Source: an uncultured bacterium (GTDB lineage Bacteria; Desulfobacterota_D; UBA1144; Nemesobacterales; UBA2774). Taken from it: DNA of 64,000 nt. The notes under the pieces are model-generated. The model saw nothing but the letters and a program-made list of their open reading frames with translations. It was not told the DNA's origin and made no database searches. Below are positions 29,200-39,799 of the stretch, one piece after another. Every line of letters starts with the position of its first letter. Positions within the stretch are counted from its first letter, which is position 1. A program made the position numbers and the translations under genes. The stretch covers positions 352,001-416,000 of the forward strand of contig CAVPJU010000010.1 of assembly GCA_963705505.1 (NCBI GenBank), written 5' to 3'.

Positions 29200-29350
29200 C
29201 CCGAGTCGTTTGTCAAAACCCCGCATCCGTCCAATCGCACACCCTTCTTACGGCTTTCGGAACGGACGGCTCCGTATTGACTCTAACCGGCAGCCGAATC
29301 AGACCGCGAAGGCTCTTTTCATCGACGCTTAATCATGGTTAACTACTCCC

Positions 29351-30772
29351 ATGCCTAAGCGGGTGATCGTTATAGGCGGGGGTATTACGGGCTTAAGCGC
29401 CGCTCACCGCCTTTCCGAACTTAGCAGGGATAAAAATTTAAACCTCGAAATCCTCCTTCTCGAAAAATCGGACAGGCCGGGCGGGGTTATCTCGACAATA
29501 GAGAAAGACGGTTTTATAGTCGAAGAAGGTCCCGATTCGTTCATAACCTCGAAACCCTGGGGCCTTAACCTCTGCGGCCGCCTCGGCCTAGACGGAGAGC
29601 TCATCGAAACCAGTAAAGACAATAGACGCACCTTTATAGTTCTCGACGGCAGATTGGTCCCGCTCCCTGACGGATTTATCATGCTCGCGCCTACGCAGAT
29701 ACTCCCCTTTCTGAGAACCCCGCTCTTCTCATGGCATGGGAAATTGAGGATGCTTATGGACCTCGTCATACCGAGAAAGAATCCGCAAGACGAGAGCCTC
29801 TCTTCGTTCGTAAGGAGGAGACTGGGCCGTGAAGCGCTCGAGCGGGCCGCTCAGCCCATGATAAGCGGAGTCTATACCGCCGATCCCGAAAAATTGAGCC
29901 TCAGGGCCACGATGCCCCAGTTCCTCGAGATGGAAGCGAAGTACGGGAGCGTGATTAAAGGTATGTACCACAGCTATAGAAATAGAAAAAAGAGCGGAAT
30001 GTCCGATAGCGGCGCCAGGTACAGCTTATTCGTTTCATTCAAGAAAGGGATGGGGACGCTCGTTGACGCCTTGATAAAAGAGCTTCCCGTGGGATGCATA
30101 AGACTGGGAGTGACGGTCAGGGATATAGCAGAGACTAACGACGGCTGGGACGTAGCGACCGACGAAGGGGTAATCAACGCCTCCGGCGTCATCGTGACGA
30201 CGCCCGCTCACGTTACGGCCGGGCTTATCGAGAATGCCTCAAAGCCGTGCGCGACTCTTCTAAGAGAGATCGAATACGCGCCCTCGGCTGTAATTATATT
30301 CGCATACAGGAAGGAGGACATCCGGAGCGGGCTCCAGGGCTTCGGCTTCGTTGTACCGATGATCGAGGGGAGCAGCATTATCGCGTGCTCGTTCAGCAGC
30401 GAGAAATTCGCGGGAAGGGCTCCTGAGGGGTGCGCCCTGCTCCGCGCCTTCGTCGGAGGCGCCATCAGTCCCGAGAAGTATCGGATGGACGACTCCGAAA
30501 TAACCGGAGGGGTCGAGAGAGAGTTGAGCGCACTACTTGGCATAAAATCAAAACCGCTGTTCACGATTATCAGAAGGTACCCCGATGCAATGCCCCAGTA
30601 TCACGTCGGGCACCTGGAGCTGGTCGAGAGGATACAGAGGGAAACGAATAAGCTGAAAGGGCTTGTGCTTGCCGGAAACGCATTCGGCGGCGTCGGAATT
30701 CCCGACTGCATAGACTCGGGCGAGAGTGCCTCTGAAAGACTCCTGCAATCTTTATACGAAGGGCATTTTTGA
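29351..30772 (+). CDS. hemG: Protoporphyrinogen/coproporphyrinogen oxidase (HemY-type FAD enzyme)
   Basis: GGGITGLSAA, EEGPDSF, GFGFVVP, AMPQYHVGH, GVGIPDCI. Confidence 0.93.
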   Translation: MPKRVIVIGGGITGLSAAHRLSELSRDKNLNLEILLLEKSDRPGGVISTIEKDGFIVEEGPDSFITSKPWGLNLCGRLGLDGELIETSKDNRRTFIVLDGRLVPLPDGFIMLAPTQILPFLRTPLFSWHGKLRMLMDLVIPRKNPQDESLSSFVRRRLGREALERAAQPMISGVYTADPEKLSLRATMPQFLEMEAKYGSVIKGMYHSYRNRKKSGMSDSGARYSLFVSFKKGMGTLVDALIKELPVGCIRLGVTVRDIAETNDGWDVATDEGVINASGVIVTTPAHVTAGLIENASKPCATLLREIEYAPSAVIIFAYRKEDIRSGLQGFGFVVPMIEGSSIIACSFSSEKFAGRAPEGCALLRAFVGGAISPEKYRMDDSEITGGVERELSALLGIKSKPLFTIIRRYPDAMPQYHVGHLELVERIQRETNKLKGLVLAGNAFGGVGIPDCIDSGESASERLLQSLYEGHF

Positions 30773-31372
30773 ATCCGGACCGAAAGCAGGCTTACTCGTG
30801 CTGGGCTGGAGCTTGTTTCGTTTTGCGAGCCACGAGTATATCTTTCTAAATGCGAAGAATATAATCGCCGCTACGCCTATTACGGCCAGCACCGGAACCG
30901 TGATCGCTAGTACGGACATCAGGAGAGACCCGCCCGCTTCGACTGTGGAGACAACCGGGTTGCCGAGACCCCCTGTCGTCGCCGTAGACGCGATACGCGT
31001 TATCGTCGTGAAACCCTGAACGGTGCCCGCCACACCCCCGCCAACTATAACCGCGAGCGCCCATTTAAGGAAAGGGCTCATCTCGGATACGGCTGAGGCC
31101 ATTACGATCGTGCCCGCGACAGTCGCCGCGGGTATCGCCACGGTATCGAGGAGGTTATCCACCCATGGAATGTAATAAGCGCCGATTTCGAAAATCGTGG
31201 CTATGGCGAAAGCCGCGAGAGCGGGATATGTGGCGATCCATCCGAACTCAGGGGCCAACGTCATGTGACCGGAAAGGGACGCGACGCTCATAACCAGAAG
31301 GGGAACGAACACCCTGAATCCGCACGCCGCACTCAGCCCCACGCCTACGAAAATGCTCAACAATGTATCCAT
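30752..31372 (-). CDS. DUF4126 membrane protein
   Basis: GVGLSAACGFRVFVPLL, YYIPWVDNLLD, TTGGLGNPVVSTVE. Confidence 0.9.
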   Translation of the reverse strand: MDTLLSIFVGVGLSAACGFRVFVPLLVMSVASLSGHMTLAPEFGWIATYPALAAFAIATIFEIGAYYIPWVDNLLDTVAIPAATVAGTIVMASAVSEMSPFLKWALAVIVGGGVAGTVQGFTTITRIASTATTGGLGNPVVSTVEAGGSLLMSVLAITVPVLAVIGVAAIIFFAFRKIYSWLAKRNKLQPSTSKPAFGPDSKMPFV

Positions 31373-31471
31373 ACCGCTTACCTCCGAATTATAGTATATG
31401 AAGCGGGAAAGTCATTATCAAGCGATATTTATTTGCTGTGATAATCATATGTTCACAGTTAGTTACGCGGG

Positions 31472-31894
31472 CTACTTTTTAACTACCTTCAAAATTTTCA
31501 CTTTGTAATCGAGCACCTTCCCCGCAAGCGGATGGTTGTAGCTTATTTCGATCTTTCCTCCGTCGATTTTGGTAATGTGACAATTCCCGTGGGGGGTTTT
31601 AAGAATCATTCCAACCTCCGGGGTGATCCCGGTGTCCGCAAATAGACCTGAATCCAAGGTCTGAATGAGCTCCGGCTTTTCCACACCGTAGCCGTCCTCC
31701 GGTGATACCCTGAACTCCTTCTCCTCCCCCTCGGCCATCCCTATCAGCTGATCCTCGAGACCCCTGACAAGGCTTCCCGACCCGACCTCGACGGTAAGCG
31801 GATCTTCATCAAACGTGTGGAATGTTGATCCGTCCTCGATTTTACCTTCAAAATTGAACGTAACGGCATACCCGCGCTCGATTTTAATACTCAT
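31472..31894 (-). CDS. FKBP-type peptidyl-prolyl isomerase (SlyD-like, no His-rich tail)
   Basis: GLEDQLIGM..GE, PEDGYG, NHPLAGKVL. Confidence 0.9.
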   Translation of the reverse strand: MSIKIERGYAVTFNFEGKIEDGSTFHTFDEDPLTVEVGSGSLVRGLEDQLIGMAEGEEKEFRVSPEDGYGVEKPELIQTLDSGLFADTGITPEVGMILKTPHGNCHITKIDGGKIEISYNHPLAGKVLDYKVKILKVVKK

Positions 31895-32095
31895 ACCAAC
31901 CTCCTAATTTAGAGTACATTACGCTGCCAATCCTGAGAATATTGCAACACCAGTCCGCTCCACGGCCTATATGCGAATAAAAAGAGCCAATATTAATAAA
32001 TGAGTTCAGATAATAACATAACGATTCGAATTCTTGAATAAAAAAGGTGATTCCTTTATAATCTCCCATAAAAAAACAAAGGAGAATACCCGATC

Positions 32096-32857
32096 ATGAA
32101 ACTTCAGAATAAGGTGGCACTTATAACGGGCGGAAGTCTGGGGCTCGGAAAAGCGACGGCATTTCTATTCGCAGAGGAAGGGGCGAAGGTAATTATAACG
32201 GGAAGGACCGAGAAAACGCTCAAGGCCGCAGTCGACGAAGCCAAGAAGAAAGGGCTCGAGATAGACTACCTCGTAAACGACGTGTCAAAGGAAGAGGACT
32301 GCAAGAAAGCGGTTAACCATGCAATCAAAAAATACGGCAAAATCGACATACTCTTCAACAACGCAGGCATACTTCCTATTGGTTACACGCATGAAACGGA
32401 TACGGATACATGGGATATGATCTTCGATATAAACGTGAAAGGGACATTTATGATGTCGAAGTACACTATCCCTCATATGATAAAGGAGGGATACGGATGC
32501 ATAGTGAATAATTCCTCGGTGCTCGGGCTGAAAGCCGTACCGGGCGTCGCTGCTTATAACGCGACGAAAGGTGCGGTAACCCAGCTTACCAGGAGCATGG
32601 CACTCGAATACGCGGACAAAGGGATACGGGTGAACGCAATATGCCCCGGTACGATAGATACGCCCATGGTGGACGGCCTTCTCGACAAGATGCCGGATAG
32701 AGCGGAGGCTGAGAAGCTTTTCAAATCTTTTCACCCGGTCGGACGCTTCGGAACGGCTGAAGAGATTGCCCACTCGGTGTTGTTCCTCTGCGACGATAAG
32801 GTGGGATTTATGACGGGAACCATGCTGTCCGTAGACGGCGGATGGATAGCCAAATAA
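32096..32857 (+). CDS. SDR family oxidoreductase
   Basis: TGGSLGLG, NNAG, catalytic YNATK, VDGG. Confidence 0.95.
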   Translation: MKLQNKVALITGGSLGLGKATAFLFAEEGAKVIITGRTEKTLKAAVDEAKKKGLEIDYLVNDVSKEEDCKKAVNHAIKKYGKIDILFNNAGILPIGYTHETDTDTWDMIFDINVKGTFMMSKYTIPHMIKEGYGCIVNNSSVLGLKAVPGVAAYNATKGAVTQLTRSMALEYADKGIRVNAICPGTIDTPMVDGLLDKMPDRAEAEKLFKSFHPVGRFGTAEEIAHSVLFLCDDKVGFMTGTMLSVDGGWIAK

Positions 32858-32982
32858 TTCCGATAATTCAACAAAAGGATTATATTTTAGTAATAACTTT
32901 ATATCAGCACTGGACAATTAGTACGAATTAGTGGTATAAATTATATGTGTTGATTTAAATCATCAATTTATAGGAGGGAAGG

Positions 32983-33309
32983 ATGAAATTTATAACATCC
33001 TTGACGCTTTCGGCAGCTTTGTTTTTCTCCGTTTTCACGATGAGCAGCCACGCTCTCAGCCAGTATTTTCCTCTTACGGCTTCACAGAACCACTTCACGC
33101 ATATCATTTCTCAATTGAAAACCTTCAAAACCGTTGAATGGGAGTCCCCGGTCACGATGTGGGTCAAGGTTCCGTCAAGTCAGAAGGCAAGGGCTCAGGA
33201 GCTGGCTGATACTATACAGGAGAGAGCGAGGGATGCGCTAATGCAGCCCTTCTGTGTTCATATATTCGTAACCGAAGGACAGTCACTGGCCAGGTCCTGC
33301 GTCTTTTAA
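32983..33309 (+). CDS. Secreted hypothetical protein
   Basis: AGGAGG RBS, signal peptide, two Cys. Confidence 0.7.
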   Translation: MKFITSLTLSAALFFSVFTMSSHALSQYFPLTASQNHFTHIISQLKTFKTVEWESPVTMWVKVPSSQKARAQELADTIQERARDALMQPFCVHIFVTEGQSLARSCVF

Positions 33310-33487
33310 TTATTGATCTCTCGGCAGTGGCGGAAATTTAAGATCGGGGATAAGGTATCCTTCCAAGGGGCTTTGCAGTTTTTCAGCCGTGCGGTCACAA
33401 TCCCGTGATGTGTCGGACGCGTGCCGGCGGGTACTGGTTTCCGCTTCCATATAACGCCGAGGGTCAGGACCGAGGATTCACGAACGG

Positions 33488-33739
33488 TCAATGATGACTG
33501 CGGTCGACGAAAGGTATTGATATAGAAAGCTCATCCCTCTGGTTTCCTTCTTTGACGTTAATCTCAATATTGTTCACATTAAACTGAGGATATTTTTCAA
33601 AAAGATTGATCAAATCATTTTGAATCTTCTCCGTAAAATTCGGAGGCAGATCTTTTCTTTCATAAGACAAAACCATCCTGAGCCTTTCTTTCGCGACGTT
33701 CGCCGATTTTTTCCGTCTCAAAAATCCGAATAACGACAT
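33488..33739 (-). CDS. minE: Cell division topological specificity factor MinE
   Basis: N-terminal amphipathic helix, SANVAKERL, position after minD. Confidence 0.93.
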   Translation of the reverse strand: MSLFGFLRRKKSANVAKERLRMVLSYERKDLPPNFTEKIQNDLINLFEKYPQFNVNNIEINVKEGNQRDELSISIPFVDRSHH

Positions 33740-33742
33740 AGG

Positions 33743-34525
33743 TCATCCCCCTAGCAATCTGCTGAAAAATCCTTTTTTGTCCGTGAGTTCATTAAAGGGT
33801 ATCTCCTCTCCCATGAGCCTCCTCGCTATATTCATGAGAGCCTCTCCCGCGCTTGAGTTGTCGGATAATACTATCGGCTCTCCCTTATTCGTAAAATCGA
33901 CCATCTTCTCCTCATCGGGGATTACTCCGATCTTCCTTATCCTCAGCACGTCTTCAATATCCTCGACCGAGAGCATCTCTCCCTTTTTCACCTGGTGTGA
34001 TCTAATTCTGTTCACGATCAGGTTGAGCTTGTCTTTGCCCATGGACTCCAGGAGGCCGATTACGCGGTCCGCATCCCTGACGGAGGAAACCTCGGGGTTC
34101 ACAACGACAAGCGCTTCTTCGGCAGGGGCCGCAGCTGTCCTGAACCCCCCCTCTATTCCCGCAGGCGAGTCTATGAATATGTAATTGAAGTTAAATTTCA
34201 CCCTCTCGACTATCGCCGAAAGCTGCTCTCCGCTTACCGATTCCTTGTTCTTTGTCTGCGCAGCGGGCAGGAGGTAAAGCGATTCGCTCCTCTTATCCTT
34301 TACGAATGCTTTTTCCGGAGGGATTACCCCTTCCACAACGTCAACGATATCGTAAACTATCCTGTTCTCCAGACCCAGAATCATATCCAGGTTCCTGAGG
34401 CCGATATCCGCGTCTATAGTCAGCACCCTGTTCCCTAAAGACGCAAGGGCAGCCGCAAGGTTGGCAGTCACGGTTGTCTTGCCTACCCCTCCCTTTCCGG
34501 ACGTTACAACAATTACTCTCGTCAT
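33743..34525 (-). CDS. minD: Septum site-determining ATPase MinD
   Basis: KGGVGKTT, DIGLRNLD, SSVRDADR, C-terminal membrane-targeting sequence KGFFSRLLG. Confidence 0.97.
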   Translation of the reverse strand: MTRVIVVTSGKGGVGKTTVTANLAAALASLGNRVLTIDADIGLRNLDMILGLENRIVYDIVDVVEGVIPPEKAFVKDKRSESLYLLPAAQTKNKESVSGEQLSAIVERVKFNFNYIFIDSPAGIEGGFRTAAAPAEEALVVVNPEVSSVRDADRVIGLLESMGKDKLNLIVNRIRSHQVKKGEMLSVEDIEDVLRIRKIGVIPDEEKMVDFTNKGEPIVLSDNSSAGEALMNIARRLMGEEIPFNELTDKKGFFSRLLGG

Positions 34526-34536
34526 ATCCTTACCCC

Positions 34537-35151
34537 TCAGCTTCGAATTTTTTCTATGAAAATCTGGTTGTTTTTAACATAGGCTTTCTCCGGATACTCG
34601 GGTGCGTCCGATTCATCGGGTGACCTGGCTATCCATCTCGCAATCCTCAATTGCTGAGGCCTGAGCTTTAATGCTATCACAATCGCACCGTCGTCACCCC
34701 CTGCCCCGGCATGGACTATGCCCCTCAGAGTGCCCATGACGACTATATTCCCCGACGCCGTAATGTAGGAGCCCGGATTAACGTCCCCAATCACGAGCAC
34801 ATCACCTTCGTGCTCAACGTTCTGACCGCTTCTCATATTCTTATTTATAAGCTTGAGTGTCCTGACATCCTGTTTTTGGTCCGAAAGAGGGGCTTTCGAG
34901 GGTTTATCCAGCTTAAGGGACGGCTTATACCCAAGAAACCTCGTGTTCGAACTCCTTACTGCTTCCTCTATCTTCTTCATATTATCTTCGGAAATCTTAG
35001 CGCCCTCATAGTCAATGACTGCGAGAGAGCCTTTGAAAAATTCGTCCGATAGTTTGTCTTTTATCTGCGAAATATTCTCTTCCACGGACAGATTTTCATC
35101 CAGTTTGACCAATAAGGCCGGTACCGTCATGCCTTTGACTGTTATTCCCAT
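34537..35151 (-). CDS. minC: Septum site-determining protein MinC
   Basis: RSGQ, GDVNPG, GTLRGIVHAG beta-helix motifs. Confidence 0.95.
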   Translation of the reverse strand: MGITVKGMTVPALLVKLDENLSVEENISQIKDKLSDEFFKGSLAVIDYEGAKISEDNMKKIEEAVRSSNTRFLGYKPSLKLDKPSKAPLSDQKQDVRTLKLINKNMRSGQNVEHEGDVLVIGDVNPGSYITASGNIVVMGTLRGIVHAGAGGDDGAIVIALKLRPQQLRIARWIARSPDESDAPEYPEKAYVKNNQIFIEKIRS

Positions 35152-35465
35152 ATGGTCTCTCTAAGGTATAGAATGAAAGGTTCCCTCTCCCCAGAAAACA
35201 AATTATCATATGTTGAAAGACAACACAAGGTTGATTCGACCGAATGAGGATATTTTGAATGTACGCTTTCACCCATAGCTAATTTTTAACACCTATCAAT
35301 GACAAAATTTGCCCATTAATAATTAATTATAATTATGAGCGCTTATGTTATACTCAATCCGGAAATTAAAAACTCTTTGCGATGACCAAGGGCGTCAAGC
35401 CCGTCGCATATTGTAACCGAGTACGCCTGAAGAAGGCGTTTTATCCTCGAGTATATTCAATAAAT

Positions 35466-36464
35466 ATGTTAATCGACATACACGGACTTGTGATCAAATG
35501 TCATTCGCAATCGCCGGAGCTCCTGACAGGGCTCCTGAGACCGTTTAAGCATTTCATAAAGGATTCCGGCCCCCCTTCCGTCAACATTTTCATAAACGAT
35601 ACAGAACCCCCCTATGAAAGCTTCCCCCGGCTGAAGGCGTGTTTCTCAACGCCCCGCAACATAGTATTCAAGGGCCGCGGTCTGAAAATAATCGATTACT
35701 TCGGCAGCGGCGTGGTACTTGAAGAGGACGGAGGGCAAAAATTCACTGTATACGGGAAAGACCCGAATTTTCTTCAGGAAGCATTCTACCTCCTCGTAAT
35801 GTCGCTCTTCGGCCAGTTCTGCGACAAGAAAGGCGTGCTGAGGATACACGCCCTCACCTTCTCCTTCCGCGATACGGCAATCATATTTTCAGCGCAGGCG
35901 GGCGGAGGCAAATCCACGATGGCGTTCGGCTTATTAGAGAACAACAACTTCAAGCTGATTTCGGATGACGAGGCCATCGTGACCGAGTCGGGCCATGTAC
36001 TCCCGCTTCCCTTGCGTGTCGGGACCCTGGATGAGGACAAAATAAAATCCATACCGGACAGATACGTGTACAGGATAGACAGAATGGAATTCGGAAGCAA
36101 ATACTTTGTGGATATGGAATACTGGAATGACAGACTCGAGACGAGGGAACTCGGGAAAAAGATATACTTCATAGCTCACAGGCTTATAAACGGAGGCCCT
36201 TATATCGAAAAATCTTCCCGGTATAAGGCTGTCGTTGACCTCATGGGATCCGCTGTCATCGGTTTCGGGCTCTACCAGGGAATGGAATTCGTGTTTAACA
36301 ATCCGCCGCGGGAACTGATATCGAGATTGCCGGTCTTTCTCAGGAGGATGACCTCCGCCATAAATTTCATTAAGGGAACCGAGAGTTATCAAATATACTT
36401 GTCCAGAGACACGGAGAAAAATATCAGGGTTTTCGAGGAATTTATCCAAAACCTGAAATTATAA
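35466..36464 (+). CDS. HPr-kinase-related P-loop kinase
   Basis: IHA...IFSAQAGGGKST...LISDD signature. The ORF is open from 35382; the ATG at 35466 is preferred. Confidence 0.7.
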   Translation: MLIDIHGLVIKCHSQSPELLTGLLRPFKHFIKDSGPPSVNIFINDTEPPYESFPRLKACFSTPRNIVFKGRGLKIIDYFGSGVVLEEDGGQKFTVYGKDPNFLQEAFYLLVMSLFGQFCDKKGVLRIHALTFSFRDTAIIFSAQAGGGKSTMAFGLLENNNFKLISDDEAIVTESGHVLPLPLRVGTLDEDKIKSIPDRYVYRIDRMEFGSKYFVDMEYWNDRLETRELGKKIYFIAHRLINGGPYIEKSSRYKAVVDLMGSAVIGFGLYQGMEFVFNNPPRELISRLPVFLRRMTSAINFIKGTESYQIYLSRDTEKNIRVFEEFIQNLKL

Positions 36465-36466
36465 AG

Positions 36467-37426
36467 ATGAAAGACGATAAAAAGATTGTCGAAATTTCAC
36501 TGGTCATACTCACATTTAACCGCAGAGAGGGTTTAAGAAGGTGCCTCGATTCGATTTTGAAAATGGAAAAGAGGGATATACGGTTTGAGGTTATAGTTGT
36601 CGATGACGGTTCGAAAACGGACAATATTTCCATAATAAACCAATTTAACGGGTCGCTAGATGTCAGGTACTTCAAAAAAGATAACGAGGGCGTAGCCTCG
36701 ACCAGAAACTTCGGGTTAAGAGCGGCGCGCGGGGATCTCGTTGCATTCATTGCGGACGACTACAGGCTTCCCGAAAACTATTTGCCGGACGTTATGGATT
36801 TCTTCGATGCGAATCCTCATGCCTATGTTATTACGCATAATATAAACCCTACGGGCCCGAGTATATTCAGGTACGTGCAGAGACTCTATTTCCAGATGAC
36901 CCTCCTTCAGAGATTCGATGACCGGGACCTCGGGAACGACGTGGTTAAGAGCCTTGAGCTTCCGCCTTCCAGGGGAGCCGTCTTCAGGAAAGAGCTTTTC
37001 CGGCTTCTCGGCAACTTTAACGAAGACTTTCTTACCGGAGAAGACGGGGAATTCGGAATGAGGATGGCGTCCGCGGATATACCCGTGTATTTCTTCATGC
37101 ACAAATATATAGACCACTGGGAAGACAAGGGGCTTCGGGGGTATCTCTGCCAGAGGATAAGGTACGGGGGCAGCTACTACAGGGCGCTCAAGGCGCAGAA
37201 TCCGGATTCAATGGGGAAGCAGTCTCTCGGGAATGTTCTATCCTCGACCATCGAGAGGTATTACCGCTGGCTGAAACTATCCTATAAACTCCGCCGCGGA
37301 CCCGAGTATCTGGCATTATCTCCTTTCATAATTCTATTCCTCATGTTTTATTACGGCAGCTTCTATTCGGAATCGAAAAAGACCGTCGTCTCATACGAGC
37401 GTCAGGAGTCGGGCATCGGCAGGTGA
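36467..37426 (+). CDS. Glycosyltransferase family 2
   Basis: ILTFNR, VIVVDDGS, RNFGL, AFIADD, GEDGEF. Confidence 0.9.
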   Translation: MKDDKKIVEISLVILTFNRREGLRRCLDSILKMEKRDIRFEVIVVDDGSKTDNISIINQFNGSLDVRYFKKDNEGVASTRNFGLRAARGDLVAFIADDYRLPENYLPDVMDFFDANPHAYVITHNINPTGPSIFRYVQRLYFQMTLLQRFDDRDLGNDVVKSLELPPSRGAVFRKELFRLLGNFNEDFLTGEDGEFGMRMASADIPVYFFMHKYIDHWEDKGLRGYLCQRIRYGGSYYRALKAQNPDSMGKQSLGNVLSSTIERYYRWLKLSYKLRRGPEYLALSPFIILFLMFYYGSFYSESKKTVVSYERQESGIGR

Positions 37427-37479
37427 ATTCTTTCAGACTCTGACTGATTGACGGACGACTACTAAATCTTCTACGGATA

Positions 37480-38892
37480 ATGGATATAAAGGAATCTTTA
37501 TTCAGACTCAGCCGTAAAAAAGGGCTCGAATTCTCGGGCTCCGCAGCGTACTCCCTGTGCGCAGGAGCAGTATCGTTGATTTTTCGCACGACCCCTGAGA
37601 TTCGTTCCGCCTATCTGGCAGGCAGTATGGCGGGCGGGGACATAGTACCGGGCTTGAGCGATATCGATTTCGTCATAGTAGTAAAGGTGGCGGACGGTAA
37701 AAACGAGTATGAATTCCTCAGGAATCTCGAAAAAAAGATACGGTATTTATTACCCCCGTTCGGAAAGGACAAAATCGGAACCCATGTCGTCATATACTCC
37801 GACCGGGAGTGGGCTCTTCTGGGCGATATATTCCTGGGTAAAAGATTCGGCTCTCCCCTCAGGGTGTTCGAGAAGGATAAAATTATACTCACCAATTATT
37901 TCAGCCCGCCCGTCAAGGCGTTACACCATTTCTATAAGGCCTATTGGCGCCTCGAGACGATAGAGCAAGACATCGCAGTCCGTCCGAAAGACCGTTATGA
38001 GCTGCAATTGAGGGAGAGGCTCATGGAAAGGTGCTTCCGATCAATACTAAACGGGGTGAACGAGACCGGCAATAAATCCGGTCCCTCGTCTCGGCTTTCA
38101 GGAGTACGGAGTGAAATAGAAGAGATGCTCGTGAGATCCGGAGAATCGAAAAGCGACGGACTTCACCCCGATATTCTCGCAAGGCTGCTCTATTATTTTG
38201 ATCTGGCGGTCGGGGAGGCCCTTCCTCCTCCCGGGCTTCCCGAAGGAAAGGTCTTAAGTCCCGAGAATAACCAGGTATCGGAAGAACAAATACCTTCGGA
38301 GCGGGGATTCGTCCGGGACCCGTTCCTTTTGCTCGAGAGGGAAACGGAAAATTGTCCGGTTCTCTATTGCCCGATAAAAAATACCGACTATTTCGTTTAC
38401 GACCTCAGTCGTTATACCATCACGGATAAATTGATCGAATATTACAGGAGCAATAACGGTCGCGGGTTCAGAATGCTGTCAAAAGCGCTGATCGAGAACC
38501 TGTACCTGAACTTCCCCGAGCACCGGGTCGTATTTACGGGTCTCGGAGACCACAAACAGTACACGCTAAGAACACGTCTTGACGAGGACAGGTTTGTTTT
38601 AGAAGCCTACTCCATTTTTCCGCAGCTCAGGTCGCCTTACAATTTCAGGGATAGCGAGAGGTATGAAGCCTTCCGAGATAAAGCCCGGAAGCTAATACGG
38701 TTGTTGAGTCGGATTCAAACAGGAGGGAAGACCGCTAATGAAACGCTCGACAACGAGGGGATTCAAAATCCCGAAAATTCTCGAAAAGAACAAAGCGAGT
38801 TTGAAAGATTCAATAATTTGAGGGAAACCTCCATCGAGTTGAGAGATAAATTAAATTCATTTCTATCTTCTCCGGTAAATTCACATGCCTAG
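37480..38892 (+). CDS. Pol-beta-superfamily nucleotidyltransferase-domain protein
   Basis: N-terminal YLAGSMAGGDIVPGLSDIDFVIV (GS...DxD). Confidence 0.75.
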   Translation: MDIKESLFRLSRKKGLEFSGSAAYSLCAGAVSLIFRTTPEIRSAYLAGSMAGGDIVPGLSDIDFVIVVKVADGKNEYEFLRNLEKKIRYLLPPFGKDKIGTHVVIYSDREWALLGDIFLGKRFGSPLRVFEKDKIILTNYFSPPVKALHHFYKAYWRLETIEQDIAVRPKDRYELQLRERLMERCFRSILNGVNETGNKSGPSSRLSGVRSEIEEMLVRSGESKSDGLHPDILARLLYYFDLAVGEALPPPGLPEGKVLSPENNQVSEEQIPSERGFVRDPFLLLERETENCPVLYCPIKNTDYFVYDLSRYTITDKLIEYYRSNNGRGFRMLSKALIENLYLNFPEHRVVFTGLGDHKQYTLRTRLDEDRFVLEAYSIFPQLRSPYNFRDSERYEAFRDKARKLIRLLSRIQTGGKTANETLDNEGIQNPENSRKEQSEFERFNNLRETSIELRDKLNSFLSSPVNSHA

Positions 38893-38988
38893 CCCATAGC
38901 ATTTTTAAGAATGTATAATTCAGGTATATTCGTACGGTTTTGACGAGATCGTTCGAGCTTAAGACTATATCAGAAAAAAGGAAGGACC

Positions 38989-39642
38989 ATGAAATACAGG
39001 ATTAACAGATTATTCGTAAAACTTTCTATTTTAATTATTGTCGCTTTCCCGATTTATATGACCTCCGCCGGCGCAGACGAAACCGACAAATGCGCATCAA
39101 TAAAAAAGGACGTAAGCGTGGAATCGACTCTGGCGACGGCAGCCTTTCTCGCCAATGAGGAGAACAAACCGGGTTCCATACGCTATGAGTCCGACTCCTT
39201 AATGGATAGGGCGGAAGACGGAGCGTCAACTGCACAAAAACCGGGCGGCCTATGCCCTGCGGGATGCCAGCTCAATACAGAGCCCGTAGTAGTTTTCAAA
39301 GCTGTACCGCGTAAATTCCTAACCAGCTATTCAGATTACAATAAGTGCGAGAAGTTGCTCGAACAGACTGAAAAGAGTCCGTTTAGCTATAACGAGCAGT
39401 TCAACTCGATAACGGATGTGGAGAGCTGGTTTTCAAATTTCTCGAGAGGCAAAGGACCCGACGGACAGGACCTTTATAACAGGTGCAGCGGCCAGTGCAG
39501 CCCGCAATACGAATTCTTCATTACAAATGACGGCGGGAAACTCGGGCTCAACGCCGACGTCGTATGCGGACACGCCAGGGACAAAAGTGACGACAAGTAC
39601 ATAATTTCCTACAGCTACCGATGGAAATGCCAGAGCAAGTGA
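38989..39642 (+). CDS. Secreted Cys-rich hypothetical protein
   Basis: Signal peptide, RBS, eight Cys including CxxxC pairs. Confidence 0.75.
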   Translation: MKYRINRLFVKLSILIIVAFPIYMTSAGADETDKCASIKKDVSVESTLATAAFLANEENKPGSIRYESDSLMDRAEDGASTAQKPGGLCPAGCQLNTEPVVVFKAVPRKFLTSYSDYNKCEKLLEQTEKSPFSYNEQFNSITDVESWFSNFSRGKGPDGQDLYNRCSGQCSPQYEFFITNDGGKLGLNADVVCGHARDKSDDKYIISYSYRWKCQSK

Positions 39643-39799
39643 GCACGGGGCGCTTGTAATACTATTTTGGAAATCCGGCAACTTCGTATTATATTAAACT
39701 CATCATCCAAGCCGACGCGCAGGTACTGCTTCTTTATTATCAAGTTATTGTTCCCTCAGCCGAGATGCTGACCTCCGCCGATGAAAAGACATTCCCAGT

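Noticed and set aside
33310..33487. Possible ncRNA or 61 aa ORF downstream of minE
   Set aside because: No match to SRP, 6S or tmRNA hallmarks that I can recognise, and the ORF lacks motif support.
35466..39642. Lasso peptide / RiPP cluster
   Set aside because: No precursor, cyclase, peptidase or RRE is visible.
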